Below are positions 11,151 through 22,405 of a stretch of DNA of 64,000 bases, in pieces (the stretch's first letter is position 1; each line of letters starts with the position of its first letter). A model generated the notes under the pieces. The model worked only from the letters and a program-made list of their open reading frames with translations, searched no databases and was not told where the DNA came from. A program made the position numbers and the translations under genes. The DNA lies in NCBI GenBank assembly GCA_032250835.1, contig JAVVEA010000014.1:28375-92374 (forward strand). Reading direction: 5' to 3'. The DNA comes from a bacterium. Lineage in GTDB: Bacteria; SAR324; XYD2-FULL-50-16.

Positions 11151-11558
11151 ATGATGAACCGACCCCATACTTTTGCTAAAACAAATAATTCTGTGCCATT
11201 AGCTTCGGTCCACCCGGAACCGGCTAATGAAGACAACCACCGTCTGCGGCAATTGGTGGTGCTGAGCATGCACCTTTCTTCGATTCTCTGGCGCAAAGCA
11301 TCCCAGCGGGGCCGCGCCGAATTAGCCATGGAGTCCGGCCTGTGGACCGTGATCGCCCAGGTGGGTGGAAAGTTGTTGACCCAAACGATGGACCGACACT
11401 TTTCCCTAGTGACCTTGCCGGTAGAGCCAAACTACCGTTCGGTGATTTTGACGGCAAAATATGTGCTGCGCGCCGCCGAGGGCCTATCTTGGAGTGAAGA
11501 GGCCGAAAAACTGGAATTGGTTTGTTCCGAGTTGGAGCGTCGGCTCAAGGGCTTTTAA
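11151..11558 (+). CDS. Stand-alone ChiS-DBD-like protein
   Basis: W...SQRGRAELAMESGLWTV...TQTMDRHFS...LPVEPNY..VILTAKYVL aligns with the C-terminus of 9..842 and with 24476..24919. GGAGG RBS before the ATG. Confidence 0.65.
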   Translation: MMNRPHTFAKTNNSVPLASVHPEPANEDNHRLRQLVVLSMHLSSILWRKASQRGRAELAMESGLWTVIAQVGGKLLTQTMDRHFSLVTLPVEPNYRSVILTAKYVLRAAEGLSWSEEAEKLELVCSELERRLKGF

Positions 11559-11570
11559 ACCCAAAGGTAG

Positions 11571-12026
11571 TTGATGGAGTTCTCTCGTTGGATAGGACAA
11601 GCGCGGCCCATAGAGCAGATGGGGGTGGTGGAGTTTGATGCACAATACCGCAGGGTGGCGGGTCTGGCCAAACTACTAGAGCGCAGTTTTAAAAGCCCCC
11701 AAACGGCTCTCCTGGTCCCTTTACTGTTTGAAAACTTAAGGCTTTGTGCCCTGCGCTACTTTCGGTTTGAAGAAAAATTGTTGCTCTGCTTTAGGCCTGA
11801 AGAACAGCAGGAACACTTGCTGGACCATGACTACTTGCAACGCAGCCTGAGCGAGCTCAGTCAAGCCTCTCCCCATCTCCCCTCCGGCCAGCTTGAAACC
11901 CGCAGTTTGGAGATCTTCGAATATTGGATCTACCAGCATATGGAACGCAAAGACCGGGCATTAGCCCAATGGCTCTGCGACCAAAATAAATTTTGCCAGC
12001 TCTACCTCCCCGTTCTCTGCGATTAG
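11571..12026 (+). CDS. Hemerythrin-like protein with atypical ligands
   Basis: GVVEFDAQY, YFRFEEKLL, EHLLDH, WIYQHMERKD follow the bacteriohemerythrin pattern, with Tyr at two His positions. Confidence 0.7.
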   Translation: MMEFSRWIGQARPIEQMGVVEFDAQYRRVAGLAKLLERSFKSPQTALLVPLLFENLRLCALRYFRFEEKLLLCFRPEEQQEHLLDHDYLQRSLSELSQASPHLPSGQLETRSLEIFEYWIYQHMERKDRALAQWLCDQNKFCQLYLPVLCD

Positions 12027-12054
12027 CGGACGCAAACCGCTAGCTGCCCCTTAG
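11827..12054 (+). repeat. 228-bp direct repeat, left copy (3' end of the hemerythrin-like gene plus 28 bp downstream)
   Basis: Colinear with 17626-17853; 6 mismatches by eye. Confidence 0.95.
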
Positions 12055-12081
12055 AATCAGAATCAGGTGACAGGAATCAAT

Positions 12082-12161
12082 AATCAGGTGGCAGTATGCT
12101 GATTTCCGATCAAATTTTAGGAACTGCACTGTTGCAAAAATAGGCATACTGCCACCCTATT
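12082..12161. repeat. 80-bp imperfect-palindrome element (REPIN/MITE-like), copy A
   Basis: Arms AATCAGGTGGCAGTATGC and GCATACTGCCACCCTATT; about 80% identical and gap-free to 17546-17625. Confidence 0.85.
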
Positions 12162-12438
12162 ACTATTGGTTTCATTCGCTGGGAGTGGGATTTTTATATT
12201 GATTAAAGATAACAAAAGAATAAATTCACTACCCCGTACCGGAACCGCCACCGAACTTTTTTTTGACATTTCCAAAGCTTTTGTGGAAACATCTGCCCTA
12301 GGGAAAATAGCCTATTCCTGATAAGGATAATTCTTAATTTTACTTTTAAAGCGCCCAGGAAAAGCCGATTCCCTTGAAATAGCCGTTAAATCAACCGTTT
12401 TCTGTTAGGTGGACCATCTGTGTGAGGTGAGAAAATGA

Positions 12439-13950
12439 ATGCTTTTTATCCATTGGGTTTCGATAATGTTTTGGGTTACCTCCTGCGGCAACGCAAACCA
12501 GGGGGACCAAGGGACCGCTGCAAGCAGCGGGTATGAAGGGGGCAGCGGTGAAGACCACGAAGGCAGCGACGGCGGAACCGGCTCGACCCAAGGCACCAGT
12601 GAAGACCTTGCCGAACGGGGTAGCGAGTTGGGCGGAGCCGGAAACCTCCCGGCGGATGTTTTGCCCCGGTTGGTGAAAACCAAAGGCCCGATGAACAAGG
12701 TCTACTTCCACCCCAACCACATCCAAACGGCCTCGATGATCACCGACGCCGATGGCCGGGTGCAAGCCCGCATCCGCCACTTGCCTTACGGTGAGGTAGA
12801 CGTGCAAACGACGGTGGACGAAAAGCAATCGGCGACCCAATACGCCGCCTTCACGGGCCAGGAGATGGACGATTCTACGGGCTTGATCTACTACAACGCC
12901 CGTTATTACGACCCCAGCATCGGCCGCTTCATCAGCCCCGATTCGGTCATCGACGGCGACGGAACGGCGGCGATCCATTTCAACCGCTACGCCTACGTAG
13001 CCAACAATCCGATCAACTACAACGACCCGACGGGGCACAACCTAGTGAAGTTCCAATTTTATAACGGAGGGACCGAATATGCGGTAACCCAAGCGCAATT
13101 GAGTAGTTATAACGAATATTATAGAATCGATGGTAGGGGTGTCACAAAATCAGCGAATTGTTGGGGATGGAGTAGCTATTGTGAGTTGCTCTGGAGCGAT
13201 TACCAGTCTGCCCTAGCCCAGGCCGAAGCCGACGCTCAGGCCGCTGAAGAAGCCGCAGCGGCAGCAGCTGCCGCCGCCGAAGCGGAAGCCGAGGCCCAAG
13301 CCGCAGCCGAAGAAGCCGCCCGCCTCGCCGAGTTGGAGCGCATCCGCTTAGAGCTGATCCGCCAAGGCAAGATAGACGCGGCCAACGCCTTTAAGGCCAA
13401 CTACAAAACGCTGTTGCACAGTGGTACGGACCTTTCGCAGTACTCCGCCAGTTCGGAGACTCAAGGTACTTACGAAGGCTCCGAGGGAGTAAAGCCTTCT
13501 GGTGATTTCAGGGACGCGGCCCGCACTTCAGAGTTTTGGTTAGCAGTTGCTGTTGTTGTCGCGGTGGTAATAATATTTTTCTGCGCTCCGTGTGCTGCCG
13601 CTATTGGCCCGACTTTTCTTGGTACCGTGGGCGGTGCAATTGGCGGAGCCGTGTATGGTTGGGGGAGCGGAATCAACGTGAAGCACTATAGCGGAGAAGA
13701 TTTATCGAATTACATAACAGAAAATGCGTTGATCGGAGCTTCTATCGGCGGGTTGTATGATGCTGGTTTTGCAGTAAAAGGCTTGATGAAAGACGGATTT
13801 CCTCTCTGGGAAAGTGTAGCCAGCGTTGGTATTTCCGGCTACTTGAAAGGTAAAGTGGCATCTGCTTCTTCTTTGCATCACAACGCTGCGAGTGCTGTCA
13901 GCTCGGCTGGCAGCACTATAAAGAGTGCAGGTAAAGCACTGGGTTTTTAA
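12439..13950 (+). CDS. Short RHS repeat-associated core protein with lipoprotein-like N-terminus and hydrophobic glycine-zipper C-terminus (candidate polymorphic toxin)
   Basis: YFHPNHIQT, FTGQEMDDSTGLIYYNARYYDPSIGRFISPD, NRYAYVANNPINYNDPTG (PxxxxDPxG cleavage motif); N-terminal FWVTSC; GAGGTG RBS. Confidence 0.85.
   Translation: MLFIHWVSIMFWVTSCGNANQGDQGTAASSGYEGGSGEDHEGSDGGTGSTQGTSEDLAERGSELGGAGNLPADVLPRLVKTKGPMNKVYFHPNHIQTASMITDADGRVQARIRHLPYGEVDVQTTVDEKQSATQYAAFTGQEMDDSTGLIYYNARYYDPSIGRFISPDSVIDGDGTAAIHFNRYAYVANNPINYNDPTGHNLVKFQFYNGGTEYAVTQAQLSSYNEYYRIDGRGVTKSANCWGWSSYCELLWSDYQSALAQAEADAQAAEEAAAAAAAAAEAEAEAQAAAEEAARLAELERIRLELIRQGKIDAANAFKANYKTLLHSGTDLSQYSASSETQGTYEGSEGVKPSGDFRDAARTSEFWLAVAVVVAVVIIFFCAPCAAAIGPTFLGTVGGAIGGAVYGWGSGINVKHYSGEDLSNYITENALIGASIGGLYDAGFAVKGLMKDGFPLWESVASVGISGYLKGKVASASSLHHNAASAVSSAGSTIKSAGKALGF
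12740..13687 (+). repeat. 948-bp near-identical repeat, copy 1 (RHS core to conserved TM region)
   Basis: Matches 14711-15658 at offset 1971; only a few substitutions near the 5' end. Confidence 0.95.
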
Positions 13951-14046
13951 TACCCGAGCTTGATTAATGGAACCTATGCGAGGAATCGCATAGGTTCTTG
14001 AACGCAACTTACCTTGTGTTTAAGCCTATTTGCAAAGGAACAGAAT

Positions 14047-14682
14047 ATGGAAAGGGTCAAAACGGAACAACAAATGGCCAAAATGTTTCAGACACTACGG
14101 TGCTGGGCCTATAAATATGCTGGGGCTGCTTTCTATGTAATAATGTTTGTTGGCTGTGCGCAGGTGTCGGACATTTACATGAATTACGATATGAAGAAGC
14201 CAAAAAGCGAAATCTGCACCCTGTTCACAAAGGGACAAAAAACTGTCAGAACGGATGTAAACCAATTTTTTGGAGTCGACTTGATTGCTGTAGATGGCCA
14301 ACTCATGCGGAACAGCAAGTTAATTCGAAAGGGAGAAACTAGTCCTCGGTATATTTCGGAACAAGACCCCTATATCCTCTATGGTGGCAAACAATATGAG
14401 TTTTCGATTGTGGAGGCCAGACTTACCCCTGGTATTCATGATTTGGAAGTTCAATATCTTACAAATGGATTGCTTCCCGGACAGTTTCTGTATGCTAAAG
14501 TCAAGTTTATCAATTGGGAATGCAAGGCTGGGGAGCGGTACTACATATACAGTTCCAACGATGAGGTATTCAACCATTGGGGCGAACACAGATATTGGAT
14601 AGAGGACGAGAATCAGGTTCTTTGGGAAGGCTGGAAATATCGATCAATAAATGAATTTACTTTTGATTTGTCCGGCCCCTAG
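14047..14682 (+). CDS. Lipoprotein, paralogue 1 (candidate immunity protein)
   Basis: Lipobox MFVGC; homologous to 16181..16807 and 16872..17501; follows the RHS gene. Start uncertain (ORF open from 14014). Confidence 0.75.
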   Translation: MERVKTEQQMAKMFQTLRCWAYKYAGAAFYVIMFVGCAQVSDIYMNYDMKKPKSEICTLFTKGQKTVRTDVNQFFGVDLIAVDGQLMRNSKLIRKGETSPRYISEQDPYILYGGKQYEFSIVEARLTPGIHDLEVQYLTNGLLPGQFLYAKVKFINWECKAGERYYIYSSNDEVFNHWGEHRYWIEDENQVLWEGWKYRSINEFTFDLSGP

Positions 14683-14710
14683 GCATCTTCTAGAGTTCAG
14701 ATTAGAGTCT

Positions 14711-15948
14711 TCACCGACGCCGATGGCTGGGTGCAGGCCCGCATCCGCCACTTGCCTTACGGTGAGGTAGACGTGCAAACGACGGTAGACCAGAAGCAAT
14801 CGGCGACCCAATACGCCGCCTTCACGGGCCAGGAGATGGACGATTCTACGGGCTTGATCTACTACAACGCCCGTTATTACGACCCCAGCATCGGCCGCTT
14901 CATCAGCCCCGATTCGGTCATCGACGGCGACGGAACGGCGGCGATCCATTTCAACCGCTACGCCTACGTAGCCAACAATCCGATCAACTACAACGACCCG
15001 ACGGGGCACAACCTAGTGAAGTTCCAATTTTATAACGGAGGGACCGAATATGCGGTAACCCAAGCGCAATTGAGTAGTTATAACGAATATTATAGAATCG
15101 ATGGTAGGGGTGTCACAAAATCAGCGAATTGTTGGGGATGGAGTAGCTATTGTGAGTTGCTCTGGAGCGATTACCAGTCTGCCCTAGCCCAGGCCGAAGC
15201 CGACGCTCAGGCCGCTGAAGAAGCCGCAGCGGCAGCAGCTGCCGCCGCCGAAGCGGAAGCCGAGGCCCAAGCCGCAGCCGAAGAAGCCGCCCGCCTCGCC
15301 GAGTTGGAGCGCATCCGCTTAGAGCTGATCCGCCAAGGCAAGATAGACGCGGCCAACGCCTTTAAGGCCAACTACAAAACGCTGTTGCACAGTGGTACGG
15401 ACCTTTCGCAGTACTCCGCCAGTTCGGAGACTCAAGGTACTTACGAAGGCTCCGAGGGAGTAAAGCCTTCTGGTGATTTCAGGGACGCGGCCCGCACTTC
15501 AGAGTTTTGGTTAGCAGTTGCTGTTGTTGTCGCGGTGGTAATAATATTTTTCTGCGCTCCGTGTGCTGCCGCTATTGGCCCGACTTTTCTTGGTACCGTG
15601 GGCGGTGCAATTGGCGGAGCCGTGTATGGTTGGGGGAGCGGAATCAACGTGAAGCACTTAAGTGGGGAGGAGTTGAGTGCTTACATAGTTGAAAACGCGA
15701 TGATCGGGGCATCGATTGGTGGGCTATACGATGGATATAAAGCGATTGAAGGGGGGAGTACCATTGCGTATGAACTGATGAAAGGTTACGTGAACGGAGG
15801 CATAGTTGCTGGCTCGGCTCTGCAGCAAAACCTTACGAGCGGGGCTACGGCAGTCGGAAAGACAATAGGAAGTGTGGGGAAGTCATCTGTAAGCAGCGTT
15901 GGGGGTGGAGTTTCTCCAGTGAAGGATTTAATCAAAAACTTAATGTAA
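14711..15948 (+). pseudogene. Orphan (start-less) RHS core/C-terminal cassette with an alternative C-terminal tip
   Basis: Begins abruptly in mid-core at 14711 with no obvious RBS (the ORF track uses GTG 14731); near-identical to copy 1 up to 15658, then diverges. Confidence 0.75.
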
Positions 15949-16180
15949 GTGGCTTAACCCGAAGCCGATAGCAGTGTTGGCTATCCTGATTTGCCTTTCG
16001 CTTCATTGAGGATGTATTTTGGAGTGATTTTAGAAATTATTCTCATAAAACTGAGGACCCGATCAACCTGTTGCCCTCAATGTGATTTAGATGAAGTAGG
16101 CGTTATTTAGGTGCTTTCGGTTTCGAAAGTAAAAAACGTTGGGGTTTACGCTAAAAACTCTTTTAAAATGGATTGCAGCA

Positions 16181-16807
16181 ATGACCCATCAGGCCAATAG
16201 ACGACTTCAGCCGAATAGTGTTTTTCATTTCATTGCAGCATCGTTGCTTTGCTTGGTGACTTCCTGCATGGCTCCGGTTTCGGATACTTATTTGAATTAT
16301 CCAGAACCAAAAGCCGATAGCGAAGTCTGCATCGTCAAAACCTCACCGGGAGAGCAGACTGTTAGGACCGATGTGAAATCGGTACAAAACGGGGAGTTTT
16401 ATTCGGTAGATAGTCAGTTGATGCGTACCAGCAAACTGGTTCGATATGGGGAGACTTTGCCGAGAAATATTTCTGAAAGTGACCCCCAACTTTGGACCTA
16501 CGAAGGCACCAAACATCCCTATCATGTTTATAAATTGAAATTAACCCCTGGAAGGTACCAATTAGTTGCCATTTTTCCCTACGAGTTAGACTCTATCCTA
16601 GAGCATAAATTGCATGATAAAATCACCCTTAAAAACTTTGATTGCAAAGCAGGGGAGAGCTATCGTTTGTTTTATTCGTTGGATAAATTTCCTGAAAAGG
16701 AGGGCATGCGTCTTTTTTGGATGGAAGGGGAGCAGGGGGTAATTTGGGAAAGATGGAAACACAAAACTCAACGCGAAGCCTTGTTTGATCTCTCAGATGT
16801 TAAATAG
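16181..16807 (+). CDS. Lipoprotein, paralogue 2 (candidate immunity protein)
   Basis: Lipobox LVTSC; shared motifs SD.Y.NY, TVRTDV, QLMR.S.L.R.GET.PR.ISE.DP, LTPG, CKAG. ORF open from 16139. Confidence 0.75.
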   Translation: MTHQANRRLQPNSVFHFIAASLLCLVTSCMAPVSDTYLNYPEPKADSEVCIVKTSPGEQTVRTDVKSVQNGEFYSVDSQLMRTSKLVRYGETLPRNISESDPQLWTYEGTKHPYHVYKLKLTPGRYQLVAIFPYELDSILEHKLHDKITLKNFDCKAGESYRLFYSLDKFPEKEGMRLFWMEGEQGVIWERWKHKTQREALFDLSDVK

Positions 16808-16871
16808 ATTATTTGAGGACGCAAATTGAGGCCACAAACAGAGCGAATTCATGGTGAAATGAGCCAAAAAA

Positions 16872-17501
16872 ATGGATATGCAAAAGTTAAAAGAAAAGTT
16901 GGTTAGGAGCGGTTCCTATACGGGTATGGCCCTCTTGTTTGCGGTCCTTTCGGCTTGCTCGCCGGTTTCGGATATTTACCTCAACTATGATGGGACCAAG
17001 CCGAAAAGTGAGGTATGCACCCTGCGGACTCAAGGAACCCACAGCATAAGAACGGATGTGGACCGGAAATATGGCATGAAGCTCATCGCTGTGGACGGTC
17101 AATTGATGCGCGATAGCCAGTTGATCCGGGTTGGAGAAACCACGCCGCGGTATATTTCAGAAAATGATCCCTATTTTGTTCAAGGTGGAGAACGACATTA
17201 CCTTGTGACGGTTGTCGAAGCTCGGCTAACGCCAGGAAAGCACGATTTTGAAGTAGCCAACTTCACCGGTGGAAGCGGACCTCTCCCTGGGCAAATAGCG
17301 ATCGACCACATAAAGTTTCTTAATTGGAATTGTAAAGCAGGCGTTACCTACCAAGTATTTTATTCCAACGACGAAGTTTTCGGTCATTTGCGTGAGTACA
17401 AATATTGGATTGAGGACGAAAACCGAGTTCTTTGGGAAGGGTGGAAACGTCTTTCGGTCCAAAATGTTACCTATGATTTGAGCAAAATTAAGGCACCTTG
17501 A
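16872..17501 (+). CDS. Lipoprotein, paralogue 3 (candidate orphan immunity protein)
   Basis: Lipobox VLSAC; strongly similar to 14047..14682 (LIAVDGQLMR, VEARLTPG.HD.EV, YWIEDEN.VLWEGWK). Confidence 0.78.
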   Translation: MDMQKLKEKLVRSGSYTGMALLFAVLSACSPVSDIYLNYDGTKPKSEVCTLRTQGTHSIRTDVDRKYGMKLIAVDGQLMRDSQLIRVGETTPRYISENDPYFVQGGERHYLVTVVEARLTPGKHDFEVANFTGGSGPLPGQIAIDHIKFLNWNCKAGVTYQVFYSNDEVFGHLREYKYWIEDENRVLWEGWKRLSVQNVTYDLSKIKAP

Positions 17502-17545
17502 ACGGGCCAACATGTTTTACCTGCTTGTCATCGGGTGCCCAAAAA

Positions 17546-17625
17546 AATTAGGTGACAGCATACTGATTTCCGATCAAATTTCATGAACTGCGTTGTCGAG
17601 AAAATAGGCATGCTGTCGCCTGATT
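17546..17625. repeat. 80-bp imperfect-palindrome element (REPIN/MITE-like), copy B
   Basis: Arms AATTAGGTGACAGCATAC and GCATGCTGTCGCCTGATT; directly abuts the right 228-bp repeat. Confidence 0.85.
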
Positions 17626-17853
17626 ATGACTACTTACAACGCAGCCTGAGCGAGCTCAGTCAAGCCTCTTCCCATCTCCCCTCCGGCCAGCTAGAAACCC
17701 GCAGTTTGGAGATCTTCGAATATTGGATCTACCAGCATATGAACCACAAAGACCGGGCATTAGCCCAATGGCTCTGCGACCAAAATAAATTTTGCCAGCT
17801 CTACCTCCCCGTTCTCTGCGATTAGCGGACGCAAACCGCTAGCTGCCCCTTAG
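17626..17853 (+). repeat. 228-bp direct repeat, right copy (duplicated 3' fragment of the hemerythrin-like gene; gives the fragment ORF 17583..17825)
   Basis: Near-identical to 11827-12054. Confidence 0.95.
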
Positions 17854-18135
17854 GCCCTCAAATGATAAACGGACGCTTTGGCTTCTTGGCTAAGCTTTCT
17901 TCATCCCCCATCCAAAAGGCTCCACCGGGCCGTCTGTGGGCCTGCCCAAACACCTACTGACGGGTCTTTGATCTGATCTTAAAGGAGGTTGTCCGGCTAT
18001 CACCCGCTCTTTGTGGGGATACCTTTTGGGTTAGCTTGGCAAAGGGGTCAAATAGTGGTGAAATCTGGACATATTTCTGACATACTCACCGGGGTAAACA
18101 GGCGAACAGCGTGGGATCATAGGAAGAGTAGGGAC

Positions 18136-21143
<3,008 letters not shown>

Positions 21144-21147
<4 letters not shown>

Positions 21148-21683
21148 GGCGTCTGCTCTGTGGGCTGGGCCTGCTTTGGTTGCTCGCTGCTTGCAGCCAC
21201 CCAATGCCGCCCGAGCCGGTTCCCTTGAGCCGCGGCGCTTCCTTTGAGTTGATGCCGCCCGCTTCTTACGGGGCCGATTTAGCGGTGCAACATCAAGTCA
21301 CGTTGATTCAAGCAGATCAAGAGCGCCAGTGGGTGGTGCTCTTGGAAATTGAGGGGGATCAACTGGCTATGGCGGCTTTGGGGCCCATGGGGCAGCCTTT
21401 ACTGAGCTTGACTTGGGGGCCCGAAGGCTTAAGCGAGCAGAGCCCCTTGCCGTTGCCCGTGGAAGGGCGCTTCGTTTTGGCGGACCTGCAACTGGCCCTT
21501 TGGCCTCACCTAAGTGGCTTGAAGGGGCTGCATCTGGAAGAAAGTGCCACCGAACGCCGATTTTTTTCAGCCCAAAAGGAACTGATACGGATCACCTACT
21601 ATCCCCAACGCGTGGGTTTTAAGTGGCTTCAAATCCAACACTTTGAGCGGAACTACCGGCTCAAGATTACCGCCTTAGACTAG
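21144..21683 (+). CDS. DUF3261-family lipoprotein (usually found in aryl-polyene/fatty-acid clusters)
   Basis: Lipobox [16 protein letters not shown] motif; C-terminal NYRLKI. Confidence 0.75.
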
Positions 21684-22405
21684 GTCAAGCCGCCGTCTAA
21701 AGAAATCACTTGCCCGGTCAGATAGCCTGCTTGGGGGCTGAATAAATAAGACACCAAAGCGGCCACCTCTTCGGGCTGGCCCAGCCTCCCGGCGGGGATT
21801 TGTTTGAGCAACAGGCTTAGGTCCAACCCTTCGATCATTTCCGTCTCAATCAAGCCCGGAGCCACGGCGTTGACGGTGATCTTGCGGCTCGCCAATTCTA
21901 AAGCCAAGCTTTTGACTAAGCCGATCAGGCCCGCCTTGCTGGCCCCATAGTTGGCTTGGCCTTTGTTGCCCTTAAGGGCGGTCACCGAAGAAAGCGCCAC
22001 AATGCGCCCGCCCTGGCGGGTTTTGATCATCGGCAGGATCAAGGGATGCAAGACGTTATAAGCGCCGCCTAGGTTGGTGCCCAAGACCCGGTCCCAATCT
22101 TCGCCCGGCATAGCCGCAAAAAGGCCATCGGCAGCAATACCCGCCGAAAGCAGCACCCCATAAAAAGCCCCATGTTCGGCTAGGAAACGCTCCAGGGCGG
22201 CCCGGCAGGCCTGACGGTCACTGACATCAAAAGCCAGCAGTTGGGCTTGGCCCCCGGCGGCTTGGATCTCTGCGGCCACCTGGGCTGCTTGGTCTTGGTT
22301 TTGGCGGCAGTTTAGGGCCACCGAAAATCCGTCTGCCGCCAACCGGCGGGCGGCGGCTGCGCCGATTCCCCGGCTGGCACCGGTGATCAATACCCAAAGA
22401 GTCAT
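21680..22405 (-). CDS. fabG: 3-oxoacyl-ACP reductase (FabG/ApeQ-like)
   Basis: TGASRGIG, AGIAADG, NYGASK, NAVAPGLIET; ATG 22405 overlaps the upstream stop. Confidence 0.88.
   Translation of the reverse strand: MTLWVLITGASRGIGAAAARRLAADGFSVALNCRQNQDQAAQVAAEIQAAGGQAQLLAFDVSDRQACRAALERFLAEHGAFYGVLLSAGIAADGLFAAMPGEDWDRVLGTNLGGAYNVLHPLILPMIKTRQGGRIVALSSVTALKGNKGQANYGASKAGLIGLVKSLALELASRKITVNAVAPGLIETEMIEGLDLSLLLKQIPAGRLGQPEEVAALVSYLFSPQAGYLTGQVISLDGGLT

Larger units (their letters stand above)
12055..17625. mobile_element. Accessory island carrying RHS cassettes and lipoproteins, bounded by 80-bp hairpin elements and a 228-bp direct repeat
   Basis: Flanking direct repeats, matching inverted end motifs AATCAGGTGACAG (12061) and CTGTCGCCTGATT (ends 17625), AT-richer cargo, no mobility gene inside. 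Confidence 0.75.

Noticed and set aside
13210-13330. GCC/GAA-rich low-complexity tract
   Set aside because: Encodes the Ala/Glu helical linker of the RHS protein; not an independent repeat element.
14680-14731. Lipoprotein 1 is in frame with the orphan RHS cassette across a single TAG (possible read-through fusion)
   Set aside because: One-in-three chance of being in frame, no recoding signal recognised, and the paralogues end at about the same position.
12082-17625. 80-bp hairpins as integron attC sites or CRISPR repeats
   Set aside because: No RYYYAAC/GTTRRRY cores, they are not placed after each gene, there are only two copies 5.4 kb apart, and no intI or cas genes are present.
17583-17825. 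80-aa ORF
   Set aside because: Chimera of hairpin-element sequence and the duplicated hemerythrin 3' end, not an independent gene.
11827-17853. 228-bp repeat pair as a DGR template/variable repeat (4 of 6 mismatches fall at adenines of the right copy)
   Set aside because: Two mismatches are not at adenines, there is no reverse transcriptase in the window, the target is not a ligand-display fold, and the repeat extends past the stop codon and marks island ends.
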